Below are positions 51,465 to 61,409 of a stretch of DNA of 64,000 nt, piece by piece. The stretch's first letter is position 1, and each line of letters starts with the position of its first letter. Source of the stretch: Clostridia bacterium (GTDB taxonomy: Bacteria; Bacillota; Clostridia; TANB77; CAG-508); contig JAAWFD010000021.1 in NCBI GenBank assembly GCA_022794615.1, positions 12,808 to 76,807 of the forward strand. Reading direction: 5' to 3'. The notes below the pieces were generated by a model that saw only the letters and a program-made list of their open reading frames with translations, was not told the DNA's origin and searched no databases. The position numbers were made by a program, and so were the translations under genes.

Positions 51465-53690
51465 ATGATAGCAGAAGTAATAATAGAAAGTACAGCAAAG
51501 CAACTAAATAGAACATTTGATTACAATATACCCAAAAATCTAGAAGAATATATAGGAGTAGGCAGTGCTGTACTAGTACCATTTGGGAGAAAAAAGGAAT
51601 TAGAAGAAGCATATGTAGTAGGAATAAAAGAGAATACAGAATATGAAGTAAAAGACATAGCAAAATTAAAACATAATCTAACAGAAAACCAAATAAGACT
51701 AGCAAGATGGATGTCAAAAAAATACTTTTGCAATGTATCAGAATGTATCAAATTAATGTTAGCACCAGGGACTAAAAGGAAAAATGAAGTACAAGAAAAA
51801 AAGATAAATGTAATATATTTAAAAAAAGAAGCAGAAGATATAGAAAATGAAATAGAACAAGGAAAAATAAAATCAGAAAAACAAAAAAGGGTATTACAAT
51901 TTTTAAAAGCAAATGAGGGGGCATCAGCATCAGAGATAGAAATTTTTACAGATTGTTCAAATGCAATATTAAAGACTTTAGAAAAAAATGGATATATAGA
52001 ATTCATAGAAAAGAAGATAGAAAGAAACCCATTAATAAGTAAAACAGTGGAAAAGACAGAAAAGCTAGAATTAACAGAAGAACAACAACAAGCATTTAAC
52101 AAAATAGAAAAAGCAATAGATAATGAAGAGAACAAAGAATATTTAATATATGGAGTAACAGGGTCAGGAAAGACAGAAATATATCTACAATTAATAGAAA
52201 AAACAATAAAAAAAGAGAAAGTTGCAATGATGTTAGTGCCAGAAATATCTCTAACGCCACAAACAGTAGACAGATTTATTGGAAGGTTTGGAAAAGAGAA
52301 GATTGCTATATTACACAGCAAGTTATCAATAGGAGAAAGGTATGATGAATGGAACAAAATAAAAGAAGGCAAAGCAAACATAATAATAGGAACTAGGTCT
52401 GCAATATTTGCTCCAACAGAGAATATAGGAATAATAATAATAGATGAAGAGCATGATAGCTCATACAAATCAGAAAGTACACCAAGATATAATGCCAAAG
52501 AAATAGCAAGCATATTAGGAAAACAAGCAAAATTTCCAGTAGTATTAGGAAGTGCAACACCAGATATAAACACATATTATCAAGCACGAATAGGGAAAAT
52601 AGAATTACTAATATTAACAAAAAGGGCAAATAAATCAACATTACCACAAATAGAAATAGTAGACTTAAAACAGGAATTAGCAAATGGAAATAGAAGTATG
52701 TTAAGTGTATCTTTATATCAAAAGATAGAAGAAAATTTAAAAAACAAAAAACAAACAATACTATTTTTAAATAGAAGAGGGTATTCAACTTTCATCATGT
52801 GCAGGGACTGTGGATATACAATAAAATGTAAGAACTGTAATATAAGTATGACATATCACAAAAAAGAAAACAAACTAAAATGTCATTACTGTGGAGCAGA
52901 ACAAAAAATAGCTACAATATGTCCTAGTTGCAAAAGTACACGCATAAGATATTTTGGTACAGGAACGCAAAAGTTAGAACAAGAAATAAATAAAATATTT
53001 CCAAATGCACAAACAATAAGAATGGATGTAGATACAGTAACTAAGAAAAACTCACATGAAGATATATTAAATCATTTCAAAAGAGACAACATAGATATAT
53101 TAATAGGAACACAAATGGTAGTAAAAGGACATCACTTTCCAAATGTAACATTAGTAGGGGTAATAGCAGCAGATAGCAGTTTAAATATAGATGATTACAG
53201 AGCAAATGAAAGAACATTTCAAATATTGACACAAGTAGCAGGAAGAGCAGGTAGAGAAGAAACAGAGGGAAAAGTAATACTACAAACTTACAATCCAGAA
53301 AATTTTTGCATAGAACTAGCAAAAAAGCAAGATTATGATGAATTTTATAAAACTGAAATAGCGTTAAGAAAACAGTTGAAATATCCACCCTTTTGCGATA
53401 TAATCATAATTAGTTTTAACAGCAAAAAAGAAGAAGAATTAGAAAAGGCAACAAAGTTCGTATATAAATATTTAAATACAAAATTGGACAAGCAATACTA
53501 TGCAGTGTATCAACCAATGCCATCACCAATTGACAAAATACAAAATAAAATAAGATGGAGGATGATAATAAAGGGAAACATGAAAAAAGAAGCATATGAA
53601 ATAATAAATGAATGTTTAAAAGAAGTTTATAATTTAAATTTAAGAAATACAGCAATCTATGCAGATATAAATCCAAATAATATGATATAA
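51465..53690 (+). CDS. priA: primosomal protein N' (replication restart helicase PriA)
   Basis: Walker A GVTGSGKTEIY, DEEHD, zinc-binding CxxC x4 region (CRDCGYTIKCKNC...CHYCG). Confidence 0.9.
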   Translation: MIAEVIIESTAKQLNRTFDYNIPKNLEEYIGVGSAVLVPFGRKKELEEAYVVGIKENTEYEVKDIAKLKHNLTENQIRLARWMSKKYFCNVSECIKLMLAPGTKRKNEVQEKKINVIYLKKEAEDIENEIEQGKIKSEKQKRVLQFLKANEGASASEIEIFTDCSNAILKTLEKNGYIEFIEKKIERNPLISKTVEKTEKLELTEEQQQAFNKIEKAIDNEENKEYLIYGVTGSGKTEIYLQLIEKTIKKEKVAMMLVPEISLTPQTVDRFIGRFGKEKIAILHSKLSIGERYDEWNKIKEGKANIIIGTRSAIFAPTENIGIIIIDEEHDSSYKSESTPRYNAKEIASILGKQAKFPVVLGSATPDINTYYQARIGKIELLILTKRANKSTLPQIEIVDLKQELANGNRSMLSVSLYQKIEENLKNKKQTILFLNRRGYSTFIMCRDCGYTIKCKNCNISMTYHKKENKLKCHYCGAEQKIATICPSCKSTRIRYFGTGTQKLEQEINKIFPNAQTIRMDVDTVTKKNSHEDILNHFKRDNIDILIGTQMVVKGHHFPNVTLVGVIAADSSLNIDDYRANERTFQILTQVAGRAGREETEGKVILQTYNPENFCIELAKKQDYDEFYKTEIALRKQLKYPPFCDIIIISFNSKKEEELEKATKFVYKYLNTKLDKQYYAVYQPMPSPIDKIQNKIRWRMIIKGNMKKEAYEIINECLKEVYNLNLRNTAIYADINPNNMI

Positions 53691-53751
53691 TGCAGATGAT
53701 ATAAAATGAATGATATCAAGAAAAGAGAACTATCGAGAAAGGATGAGAAAA

Positions 53752-54264
53752 ATGGCTATAAGAACAATAAGAGAAGAAGGAGACGAAATATTAGGTAAAA
53801 AATCAAGAGAAGTAGATAACATCCAAGATTCTAAAATACAAGAATTAATAGATGACATGTTAGAGACCATGTATAAAGCAAATGGGGTAGGACTAGCTGC
53901 TGTACAAGTAGGTATATTAAAACAGATAGTAGTAATTGATGTAGAAGAAGATTGCAGTAATCCAATAGTATTAATAAATCCCAAAATAACAAAAGAAAAA
54001 GGAACACAAGAAGTAGAAGAAGGATGTTTAAGCTTTCCAAACAAGTTTGCAAAAGTTGTAAGACCAGCAGAAGTTATAGTAGAAGCATTAGATAGAAATG
54101 GAAAGAAAATAAAAATAAAAGCAAAAGAGTTGTTAGCACAAGCAATTAGTCATGAGTTAGACCATTTAAATGGAATAGTTTTTGTAGACAAGATAATACC
54201 TGGAACATTAGAAGTAGTAAAACAAAATGATAATACAGTTAAAAAAGATTTAAAAAATAATTAA
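53752..54264 (+). CDS. def: peptide deformylase
   Basis: GxGxAAxQ (GVGLAAVQVG), EGCLSFP, HELDHLNG motifs; start at MAIRTIRE behind SD (ORF track begins 14 codons earlier). Confidence 0.9.
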   Translation: MAIRTIREEGDEILGKKSREVDNIQDSKIQELIDDMLETMYKANGVGLAAVQVGILKQIVVIDVEEDCSNPIVLINPKITKEKGTQEVEEGCLSFPNKFAKVVRPAEVIVEALDRNGKKIKIKAKELLAQAISHELDHLNGIVFVDKIIPGTLEVVKQNDNTVKKDLKNN

Positions 54265-54279
54265 AATAAGGAGTAATAT

Positions 54280-56118
54280 ATGAATAATGAAGAAAATAAA
54301 AGTGAAGGAATAAACAACAATGAGAGTCAAGAGATAGGAAATGGTACAAATGATAACTTAAATACTAATTTAAAAAAACAAGCAAGCAATAACAAAAAAG
54401 AAAAAACAAAAAGGGAAAATCCAAGCACGTCAAAAAGAATTTTTGGAATAATAAAAAGAATAGTAATAATAGGAATATTATTATGTATGGTAGCTTTTGT
54501 ATTGCTATATGCATCTAGATATTATAAAAATGATTCTATAAAAGATAAAACAAATTTAGTATTAAACAGCAATAATGTAACTGCAAAATTAAAAGAAGAA
54601 ATAATAATAGAAGATGATATAATATATTTATCTATGAAAGATATAAAGAACTTTTTAGACTATTATATTTATGAAGAAGAAGAAACTGAGCAAATAATAA
54701 CAACAACAGATAGGAAAATAGCAGCGATAAATTTTAAAAGCAAAACAATGGTTGTAAATGGAGCAAATACAAAAATAAAAGCTACAGCAATAAAAAGAGA
54801 TGATAGAATATATTTACCAATTTCTGAATTAGCAGATGTATATGAAATAGAGATAAAATACATAAAAGAAACAGACACAGTAACAATAGACTCATTAAGC
54901 AGGGCACTAGAGAGAGCAACAATAATAAAAGATGTAAGTGTTAAGTCACATACTAGAACATTATCAAGAACAATTGACAAAATAAAAGAATCAGATAGTG
55001 TAGTAGTTATTAGAGATATGACTAATGGATGGACAAAAATAAGAACAAAAAATGGAAAGATTGGATTTGTCCAGACAGATAAATTAAAAGATTATGTACA
55101 GGTAAGAGAAGCAGAAGTAGAAGAAAAGCAGATAACAGAAAAGATAAATATGTTTTGGGATTACTATTCAGAAAGTAGAACAGCTCCAGATAGAACAGGG
55201 GAAAAATACGAAGGTGTAAATGTAGTCTCACCAACATTTTTCTACATAAACGCAAATGCTGAGTTTGTTGAAAAAGGCGGAGAATCTATCAAACAATATG
55301 TAAAATGGGCAAAAGATAATGGATATAAAGTTTGGCCATCATTATCAAATGATGTAGCATCAAATGCTGGTATAGGAGTAACATCAAGTATTTTAAATAG
55401 TTATGAAAAAAGACAAGAATTAATTGATAACATTATTGAAGTTTGCAAAAAGTATGAATTAGACGGAATAAATATAGATTTTGAATATATGTATGAAAAA
55501 GATAAAAATCTATTTTCAAGATTTATAATAGAATTAACACCACGAATGAAAGAAATGGGATTAGTTACATCTGTTGATGTAACAGCGCCAGATGGCTCAC
55601 CGAATTGGTCTTTATGTTATGACAGATATGTATTAGGAAAAATAGCAGACTATATAATATTCATGGGATATGACCAATATGGTACATCAAGTAAAACAGC
55701 AGGGACTACAGCAGGATATAACTGGGTAGAGATAGCCTTGAAGAAATTTATAACAACATATGAAGTAGATTCTAAAAAGATAATTTTAGCAATACCTTTT
55801 TATACAAGAATATGGACAGAAACTACAGATGGTAAACTTTCAAGTAAAGCTGTAAAAATGAAGGATATTGAAAACACAATTATTAAAGAAATATCTAGTG
55901 ATGTAGAGAAAGTTTGGTTAGATGATGTAAAGCAATATTATGTAGAAGGTAAGTCTGGTTCAAGTATAAAGAAAATGTGGATTGAAGATGAAAAATCAAT
56001 AAAGGAAAAGCTATCTCTTGTATCTGAGTATAATTTAGCAGGAGTTGCGAGTTGGCAAAAAGGTTATGAACTTGATACAATTTGGGAAGTTATAGACAGA
56101 GAATTAGATAATAAGTAG
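54280..56118 (+). CDS. glycoside hydrolase family 18 protein (YdhD/SleL-like), N-terminal TM anchor
   Basis: GH18 catalytic motif LDGINIDFEY; 612 aa; basic N-terminus with TM helix. Confidence 0.6.
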   Translation: MNNEENKSEGINNNESQEIGNGTNDNLNTNLKKQASNNKKEKTKRENPSTSKRIFGIIKRIVIIGILLCMVAFVLLYASRYYKNDSIKDKTNLVLNSNNVTAKLKEEIIIEDDIIYLSMKDIKNFLDYYIYEEEETEQIITTTDRKIAAINFKSKTMVVNGANTKIKATAIKRDDRIYLPISELADVYEIEIKYIKETDTVTIDSLSRALERATIIKDVSVKSHTRTLSRTIDKIKESDSVVVIRDMTNGWTKIRTKNGKIGFVQTDKLKDYVQVREAEVEEKQITEKINMFWDYYSESRTAPDRTGEKYEGVNVVSPTFFYINANAEFVEKGGESIKQYVKWAKDNGYKVWPSLSNDVASNAGIGVTSSILNSYEKRQELIDNIIEVCKKYELDGINIDFEYMYEKDKNLFSRFIIELTPRMKEMGLVTSVDVTAPDGSPNWSLCYDRYVLGKIADYIIFMGYDQYGTSSKTAGTTAGYNWVEIALKKFITTYEVDSKKIILAIPFYTRIWTETTDGKLSSKAVKMKDIENTIIKEISSDVEKVWLDDVKQYYVEGKSGSSIKKMWIEDEKSIKEKLSLVSEYNLAGVASWQKGYELDTIWEVIDRELDNK

Positions 56119-56140
56119 TATATTTTTTAGAAAACAGCTA

Positions 56141-56179
56141 ATTTTGCAGTGAGCGTGAATTACCGCTCACTGCAAAATT
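56141..56179. terminator. bidirectional terminator-like GC-rich palindrome (15-bp perfect stem) between convergent GH18 gene and tyrS
   Basis: attttgcagtgagcg / cgctcactgcaaaat with 9-nt loop; T/A runs on both sides. Confidence 0.5.
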
Positions 56180-56285
56180 ACTTGTAAATAAAAAAACATA
56201 TACACAAAGTAGTATATGGTAAGCTAAAAATTGTAGTAAAGTCATATAATGTAAAAGGCAAAGTATTTAATACTTTGCCTAAACT

Positions 56286-57497
56286 TTATTTAATTAACTT
56301 ATGGAAAATTTTCTTACCTTTTTTGATAATGGCAAATCCATTATCAAAGTCTTTATCAGAAAGAGCATAAGAAACATCATCGATTTTTATATCATTTAAA
56401 GAAATTCCACCTTGCTCAATCAAAGTTTTAGCTTGACCTTTAGAAGGAGCAATACCTGAAAGAATAATTGCATCAACTAAAGAAATATTAATATTATCTA
56501 ATTTAGAAGAAGGCATACTGTCTGTATTGCCTTGACCACCAAATAAAGCGCTTGAGGCTTCTTCAGCTTTTAAAGCTTCGCTTTCGCCATGAATAAGTTT
56601 AGTAATTTCAAAAGCTACAATTTTTTTTGCTTCATTTATTTTAGCATCTTGTAAAGAAGAAAGTCTATTAACTTCATCCATAGGTAAAGTAGTTAATAAG
56701 CAAAGGACATTTTTAACATCACTATCTGCAATATTTCTCCAATATTGATAAAATTCATATGGTGAAGTTTTTTCACTGCTTAACCATAAAGCACCCTTTT
56801 CAGTCTTTCCCATTTTTTTACCTTCTGAATTTGTAAGCAATTTAAAAGTTAGACCAAAAGAATCATCTTTACCAATTTTTCTTATTAATTCAACTCCTCC
56901 AATAATATTAGACCATTGGTCATTACCACCAATTTCAAGTTTACAACCATAAGTATTATATAGATGTAGAAAATCGTAAGATTGCATAAGCATATAACCC
57001 ATTTCAAAAAAAGTTAAACCTGTATCTAATCTATTTTTATAACATTCAGCAGATAACATTTTGTTAATAGAAAATAAACTACCAATATCACGCATAAATT
57101 CGATATAATGCAAATCTAAAAGCCAATCAGCATTATTAACAATAATTGCTGCATTTTCACCTTCAAAACTTAAAAATTTAGCAATTTGTTTTTTTATAGA
57201 TTGAATATTTTTATCAATATCTTCGCGAGTTAACATTTTTCTCATATCAGTTTTTCCAGATGGGTCACCAATAATAGCAGTTCCACCACCAACTAATATA
57301 ATAGGTTTATGACCACATTTTTGTAAGTAAGATGCCACCATTAGAGATATAAAATGTCCTATATGAAGACTATCAGCAGTAGGGTCTATACCTAAATAAA
57401 ATGATATTTTTTTATTTGCAAATAATTCTTTCATTTCTTGTGGATGTGTCATTTGTTCAATATATCCACGTTCTTCTAATATGTCTAGTGCATTCAT
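56286..57497 (-). CDS. tyrS: tyrosine--tRNA ligase
   Basis: HIGH-type motif (DPTADSLHIGH), KMGKT, C-terminal S4 domain. Confidence 0.9.
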   Translation of the reverse strand: MNALDILEERGYIEQMTHPQEMKELFANKKISFYLGIDPTADSLHIGHFISLMVASYLQKCGHKPIILVGGGTAIIGDPSGKTDMRKMLTREDIDKNIQSIKKQIAKFLSFEGENAAIIVNNADWLLDLHYIEFMRDIGSLFSINKMLSAECYKNRLDTGLTFFEMGYMLMQSYDFLHLYNTYGCKLEIGGNDQWSNIIGGVELIRKIGKDDSFGLTFKLLTNSEGKKMGKTEKGALWLSSEKTSPYEFYQYWRNIADSDVKNVLCLLTTLPMDEVNRLSSLQDAKINEAKKIVAFEITKLIHGESEALKAEEASSALFGGQGNTDSMPSSKLDNINISLVDAIILSGIAPSKGQAKTLIEQGGISLNDIKIDDVSYALSDKDFDNGFAIIKKGKKIFHKLIK

Positions 57498-57572
57498 TAT
57501 AATTCCTCCTATTTAAAATAGCTAAGTTATTAATAAAAATCTTAGCTATATAACTTATCTTATTAAAGTTTT

Positions 57573-57833
57573 TTAAAGTGTAGTAATATTATTATCTCCT
57601 AAATTTCCAATTCCATCAACATTTAAAAATCTATTTAAATTTTTTGTAGATATTCCAGTTCCAGCTGAAACAACATCAATAGAAGAAAAACCATTTTCCT
57701 CTATATAATTTTTTAGAGTTGATAATTCTAAAGCATCTTTTGGACTACATTTTGGACAAACATTTCCTCCAGATACATAAAACGCCCCACAGCGACTACA
57801 TTTATTAAAATCCATATAAATTCCTCCATTCAA
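57573..57833 (-). CDS. small zinc-ribbon protein (YvyF/TIGR03826-like)
   Basis: CSRCGAFY...CPKC four-Cys motif at N-terminus; 86 aa. Confidence 0.35.
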   Translation of the reverse strand: MNGGIYMDFNKCSRCGAFYVSGGNVCPKCSPKDALELSTLKNYIEENGFSSIDVVSAGTGISTKNLNRFLNVDGIGNLGDNNITTL

Positions 57834-58118
57834 TTAATGTATATAATAGTATATTAATATTTACTGTTTGACAAATTGTATCATAAAACATTAAAAATAG
57901 GAAGAGTTTTTGAAAAAAATATTATAGTAGTTACAACAAGTTAACATCTGATACAAATAAACATTTTGTTCACATGTGTAGAAGAGTAAGTAAAAACATT
58001 TATGATTATGTGAAATATAAAATGAATTTAAAAGTTGATATATTAGGGTAAGTGTGCTATAATTTAGAGTAAGTTGTGCAAACTTGCCAACCAAAAAATA
58101 TATAGGAGGGTGGAATTT

Positions 58119-58574
58119 ATGAAACCACTAAAAGTTAAAGGAAGGACACTACGGGAAAGAGGCACTATAAGTGCATGGTTACAAAATGATTTCGCAATCG
58201 GTGATTGGGATTTCATCAGAGTGGGAGACGATAAATCCGCTGAAGGAGAACTATATCACAGGGAATTACTAATTAAAGGTGGCATACTTGGAAGTAATGA
58301 AATGCCGGTAAACAATCCGGGACAACTCATTACAGCGATAGCCAATCGGACCAAAGTCACTGTGAATTATGGTAGACCTGGAGATTCAGTAAATATCTTC
58401 TTCAGTAGAAAGATGATTGCCGATGCTAAAATCATACGGTATGTTGATGAGGATACTGATGATTCGGAAAATCAGATGGAATATTTTGATGAAGAAGAAG
58501 ATGATCAGTGCATAGGAGACATGATGAGCTGTACCGAAGAGGAACATGGATATGATGATGTCCCGGAGGACTGA
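58119..58574 (+). CDS. hypothetical protein with acidic C-terminal tail, in a GC-rich islet (paralog A)
   Basis: Start at MKPLKVKG behind SD GGAGGGTGG; codon usage (CCG, CGG, GAC) foreign to host; shares NNPGQLITAIANRTK region with paralog B. Confidence 0.45.
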   Translation: MKPLKVKGRTLRERGTISAWLQNDFAIGDWDFIRVGDDKSAEGELYHRELLIKGGILGSNEMPVNNPGQLITAIANRTKVTVNYGRPGDSVNIFFSRKMIADAKIIRYVDEDTDDSENQMEYFDEEEDDQCIGDMMSCTEEEHGYDDVPED

Positions 58575-58811
58575 TAATCATATTCTGCAGTAGATTCATG
58601 GCATAGCCTCATTAGTCCAAAATAACCTTTAACAAAACACAGATGGGAGCGAGAGCTCCTATCTGTGTTTTGTTAAAAAGGAAAATTATTAATGCAAAAG
58701 GATTTTATAAATTAAAAATCAGATAAAATTGACTATTTTATGGAATTTTGATACAATAATATTAAGTTGGCAAATAGTCAGCAAATAAAATACACAGGAG
58801 GGTGCAAGATT

Positions 58812-59144
58812 ATGGAAGCACTTACAATTGAATCAAATTCCCTGAGAGACAGTAGTCGGGGAATAAAAGTATCTGAATTTTACGAAAAGGATTTTTCAAT
58901 AGGAAAGTATAAATTCAGATGGGAAAAAACAGGTGAGGATGACCAAAAACTATATGTTTCGTCAACGGAAATATTTGGAGAAAACACAAAGTTTCTGGTC
59001 AAGAACCCTGTTCAGTTGATTTTCACTCTTGCTATCAATACCAAGGAATGTCTTGTATATATTGGTGAAGAGGGCTATGAAGTAGCAATCAAGATTAAGT
59101 GGGTATTAGAAAAAGATGGACCCATGTTGAGTGCTGAGGAGTGA
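58812..59144 (+). CDS. hypothetical protein, paralog B of 58119..58574
   Basis: Start at MEALTIES behind SD GGAGGGTGC; VKNPVQLIFTLAINTK aligns to paralog A. Confidence 0.45.
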   Translation: MEALTIESNSLRDSSRGIKVSEFYEKDFSIGKYKFRWEKTGEDDQKLYVSSTEIFGENTKFLVKNPVQLIFTLAINTKECLVYIGEEGYEVAIKIKWVLEKDGPMLSAEE

Positions 59145-59317
59145 TCAACCATAGAGGGACAGATGAGATTTTTTTGTAAATCATCTGTTCCTCTTTTCCT
59201 TCAAAAAGGATACGCAAAAAATCATGTCCATATACAACAACAAAGCAATGAAAAATATTGACAAAAAGCTCTAAAATAGTATAAAATAAAACAAGTTAGA
59301 AAAGAGGAAAAGTAAGG

Positions 59318-60736
59318 ATGAAAGCAGAAATAGAAAAACAAAAAGAATATATACAACAAGTAAAAGATATAAACAAAAATAAGAAGCCAAAGTACATAAT
59401 ACAAACATTCGGATGTCAACTAAACGAAAATGACTCAGAAAAACTATCAGGAATGGTAGAAGAGATGGGGTATAAAAGAACAGAAGATGCAAAAGAGGCA
59501 GACTTAGCAATATTTAATACTTGTTGTGTAAGAGAAAATGCAGAAGACAAGTTATTTGGAAAGATAGGAGAATTAAAAAAAGTAAGAGAAACAAGAGGAA
59601 CAATAATAGCAATAGGTGGATGCATGATGCAAGAAAAGCATATGACAGACAAGATACAAGAATCATATCCATATGTAGATATAATATTTGGAACACATAC
59701 ATTACACAAAATACCAGAGAATATCCATAAAATATTAGAAAAAAGAAAGAAAGTAAAAGATGTAATAGATATAGATGGAGAGGTATATGAGGGAATACCA
59801 ATAAAGAGGGAAAATAACATAAAAGCATCAGTAACAATAATGTATGGTTGTAATAATTTTTGCAGTTATTGTATAGTACCATATGTAAGAGGAAGAGAAA
59901 GAAGTAGACATCCAAAAGACATATTAGAAGAAGTAGAAGAATTAGCAAAAGGAGGATACAAAGAAATAACACTATTAGGGCAAAACGTAAATTCATATTT
60001 AGTAAGTGAAAATTGGAAAGAAGCAGGAAAACAATATAAAGGAATAAACTCATTTGCAACACTATTAAAAGAAATAAACAAAATACAAGGAATAGAAAGA
60101 ATAAGATTTGTATCACCACATCCAAAAGATTTTACAGATGATGTAATAGAAGCAATTGCAGAAAGCGACAAAGTATGTAAACTAATACATCTACCATTAC
60201 AATCAGGCTCAACAAATATGCTAAAAATAATGAACAGGAAATATTCAAAAGAAAGTTATTTAGAATTAGTAACAAAAATGAAAAGCAAAATAAAAAATCT
60301 AACATTATCAACAGATATAATAGTAGGATTTGCAGGAGAGACAGAAGAAGACTTTGAAGATACACTAGATATAGTAAGAAAGGTAGGATTTGAACAAGTA
60401 TACATGTTCATTTATTCAATAAGAGAAGGAACGCCAGGAGCAAAAATGGAAAATCAAATACCAGAAGAAATAAAACACAAAAGATTTAATAGACTAAAAG
60501 AATTAGTAGAGAGCCAAATAGAACAAAACAATAAAAAATATATAGGAACAATACAAAAAGTTTTAGTAGAAGGAATAAGCAAAAACAATGAAAAAATGTT
60601 AACAGGAAGAACAGACAGTAATAAAGTAGTCATATTTGAAGGAAATAAACAAGACATAAATAAAATTATACAAATAAAAATAGTATCAGAACATATGTGG
60701 TACTTAAAAGGAGAAATAGAAGATGTCAACAGATAA
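59318..60736 (+). CDS. miaB: tRNA-2-methylthio-N6-dimethylallyladenosine synthase
   Basis: UPF0004 N-domain with Cys (TFGCQLNENDSE), radical SAM CxxxCxxC (CNNFCSYCIVP), C-terminal TRAM. Confidence 0.85.
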   Translation: MKAEIEKQKEYIQQVKDINKNKKPKYIIQTFGCQLNENDSEKLSGMVEEMGYKRTEDAKEADLAIFNTCCVRENAEDKLFGKIGELKKVRETRGTIIAIGGCMMQEKHMTDKIQESYPYVDIIFGTHTLHKIPENIHKILEKRKKVKDVIDIDGEVYEGIPIKRENNIKASVTIMYGCNNFCSYCIVPYVRGRERSRHPKDILEEVEELAKGGYKEITLLGQNVNSYLVSENWKEAGKQYKGINSFATLLKEINKIQGIERIRFVSPHPKDFTDDVIEAIAESDKVCKLIHLPLQSGSTNMLKIMNRKYSKESYLELVTKMKSKIKNLTLSTDIIVGFAGETEEDFEDTLDIVRKVGFEQVYMFIYSIREGTPGAKMENQIPEEIKHKRFNRLKELVESQIEQNNKKYIGTIQKVLVEGISKNNEKMLTGRTDSNKVVIFEGNKQDINKIIQIKIVSEHMWYLKGEIEDVNR

Positions 60737-61409
60737 ATTATCAAATGATAAAATTTGGGAAGCATATAGAGATATAATGTCTGGCAAATCCCTAACAAAA
60801 GTTGCTAAAGAACTATCAACAGATAGAGGAGTACTTAGAAAAAATATACAAAAATCAGTAATAGAAAACTTGCCAGAGGGAGAGCAACAAAGATTTCAAG
60901 AAAGAATACATAGAAATTTTAGAGGAAATGGATTACAAGAAGGAAGAAAAGGAAGAGATAAGAAAGCAAAAAATTTACAGAGTGAGGAATATGCTATAGC
61001 AAAACAGCAAATCCAAGAATATGGAATAAGTGAGCAACAAACAAATCAATTATATAGTTTATTAAGAAGTAGAAGAAATACAACATATGCAGAAGGGACT
61101 TATATAATAAAACTTGCAGAATTTCTTAGCTATTTTGGAGAAAAAGGAATAACACCAATGCAAGTAATAGATATGATTACAAGAAGACCACAAATTTTTT
61201 CTGCAGACATAAGAAATACAATAAATCCAATTATAAAATTACTAGAAAAAAATAATGGAGAAGGAGCAAGAATAATATATGAAGCTCCAAGCAAAATAAC
61301 AAAAGGAAAAAATATTATAAAACAAGAAAATCAGAATATAGAAAATGGAAGTGATAAAAATGGCAGAATATTCACCAATGATGCAGAAATATCTGGAGAC
61401 GAAAAATAA
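60723..61409 (+). CDS. hypothetical protein (228 aa) between miaB and mutS
   Basis: ORF overlapping miaB stop and mutS start; no motif recognised. Confidence 0.3.
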   Translation: MSTDKLSNDKIWEAYRDIMSGKSLTKVAKELSTDRGVLRKNIQKSVIENLPEGEQQRFQERIHRNFRGNGLQEGRKGRDKKAKNLQSEEYAIAKQQIQEYGISEQQTNQLYSLLRSRRNTTYAEGTYIIKLAEFLSYFGEKGITPMQVIDMITRRPQIFSADIRNTINPIIKLLEKNNGEGARIIYEAPSKITKGKNIIKQENQNIENGSDKNGRIFTNDAEISGDEK

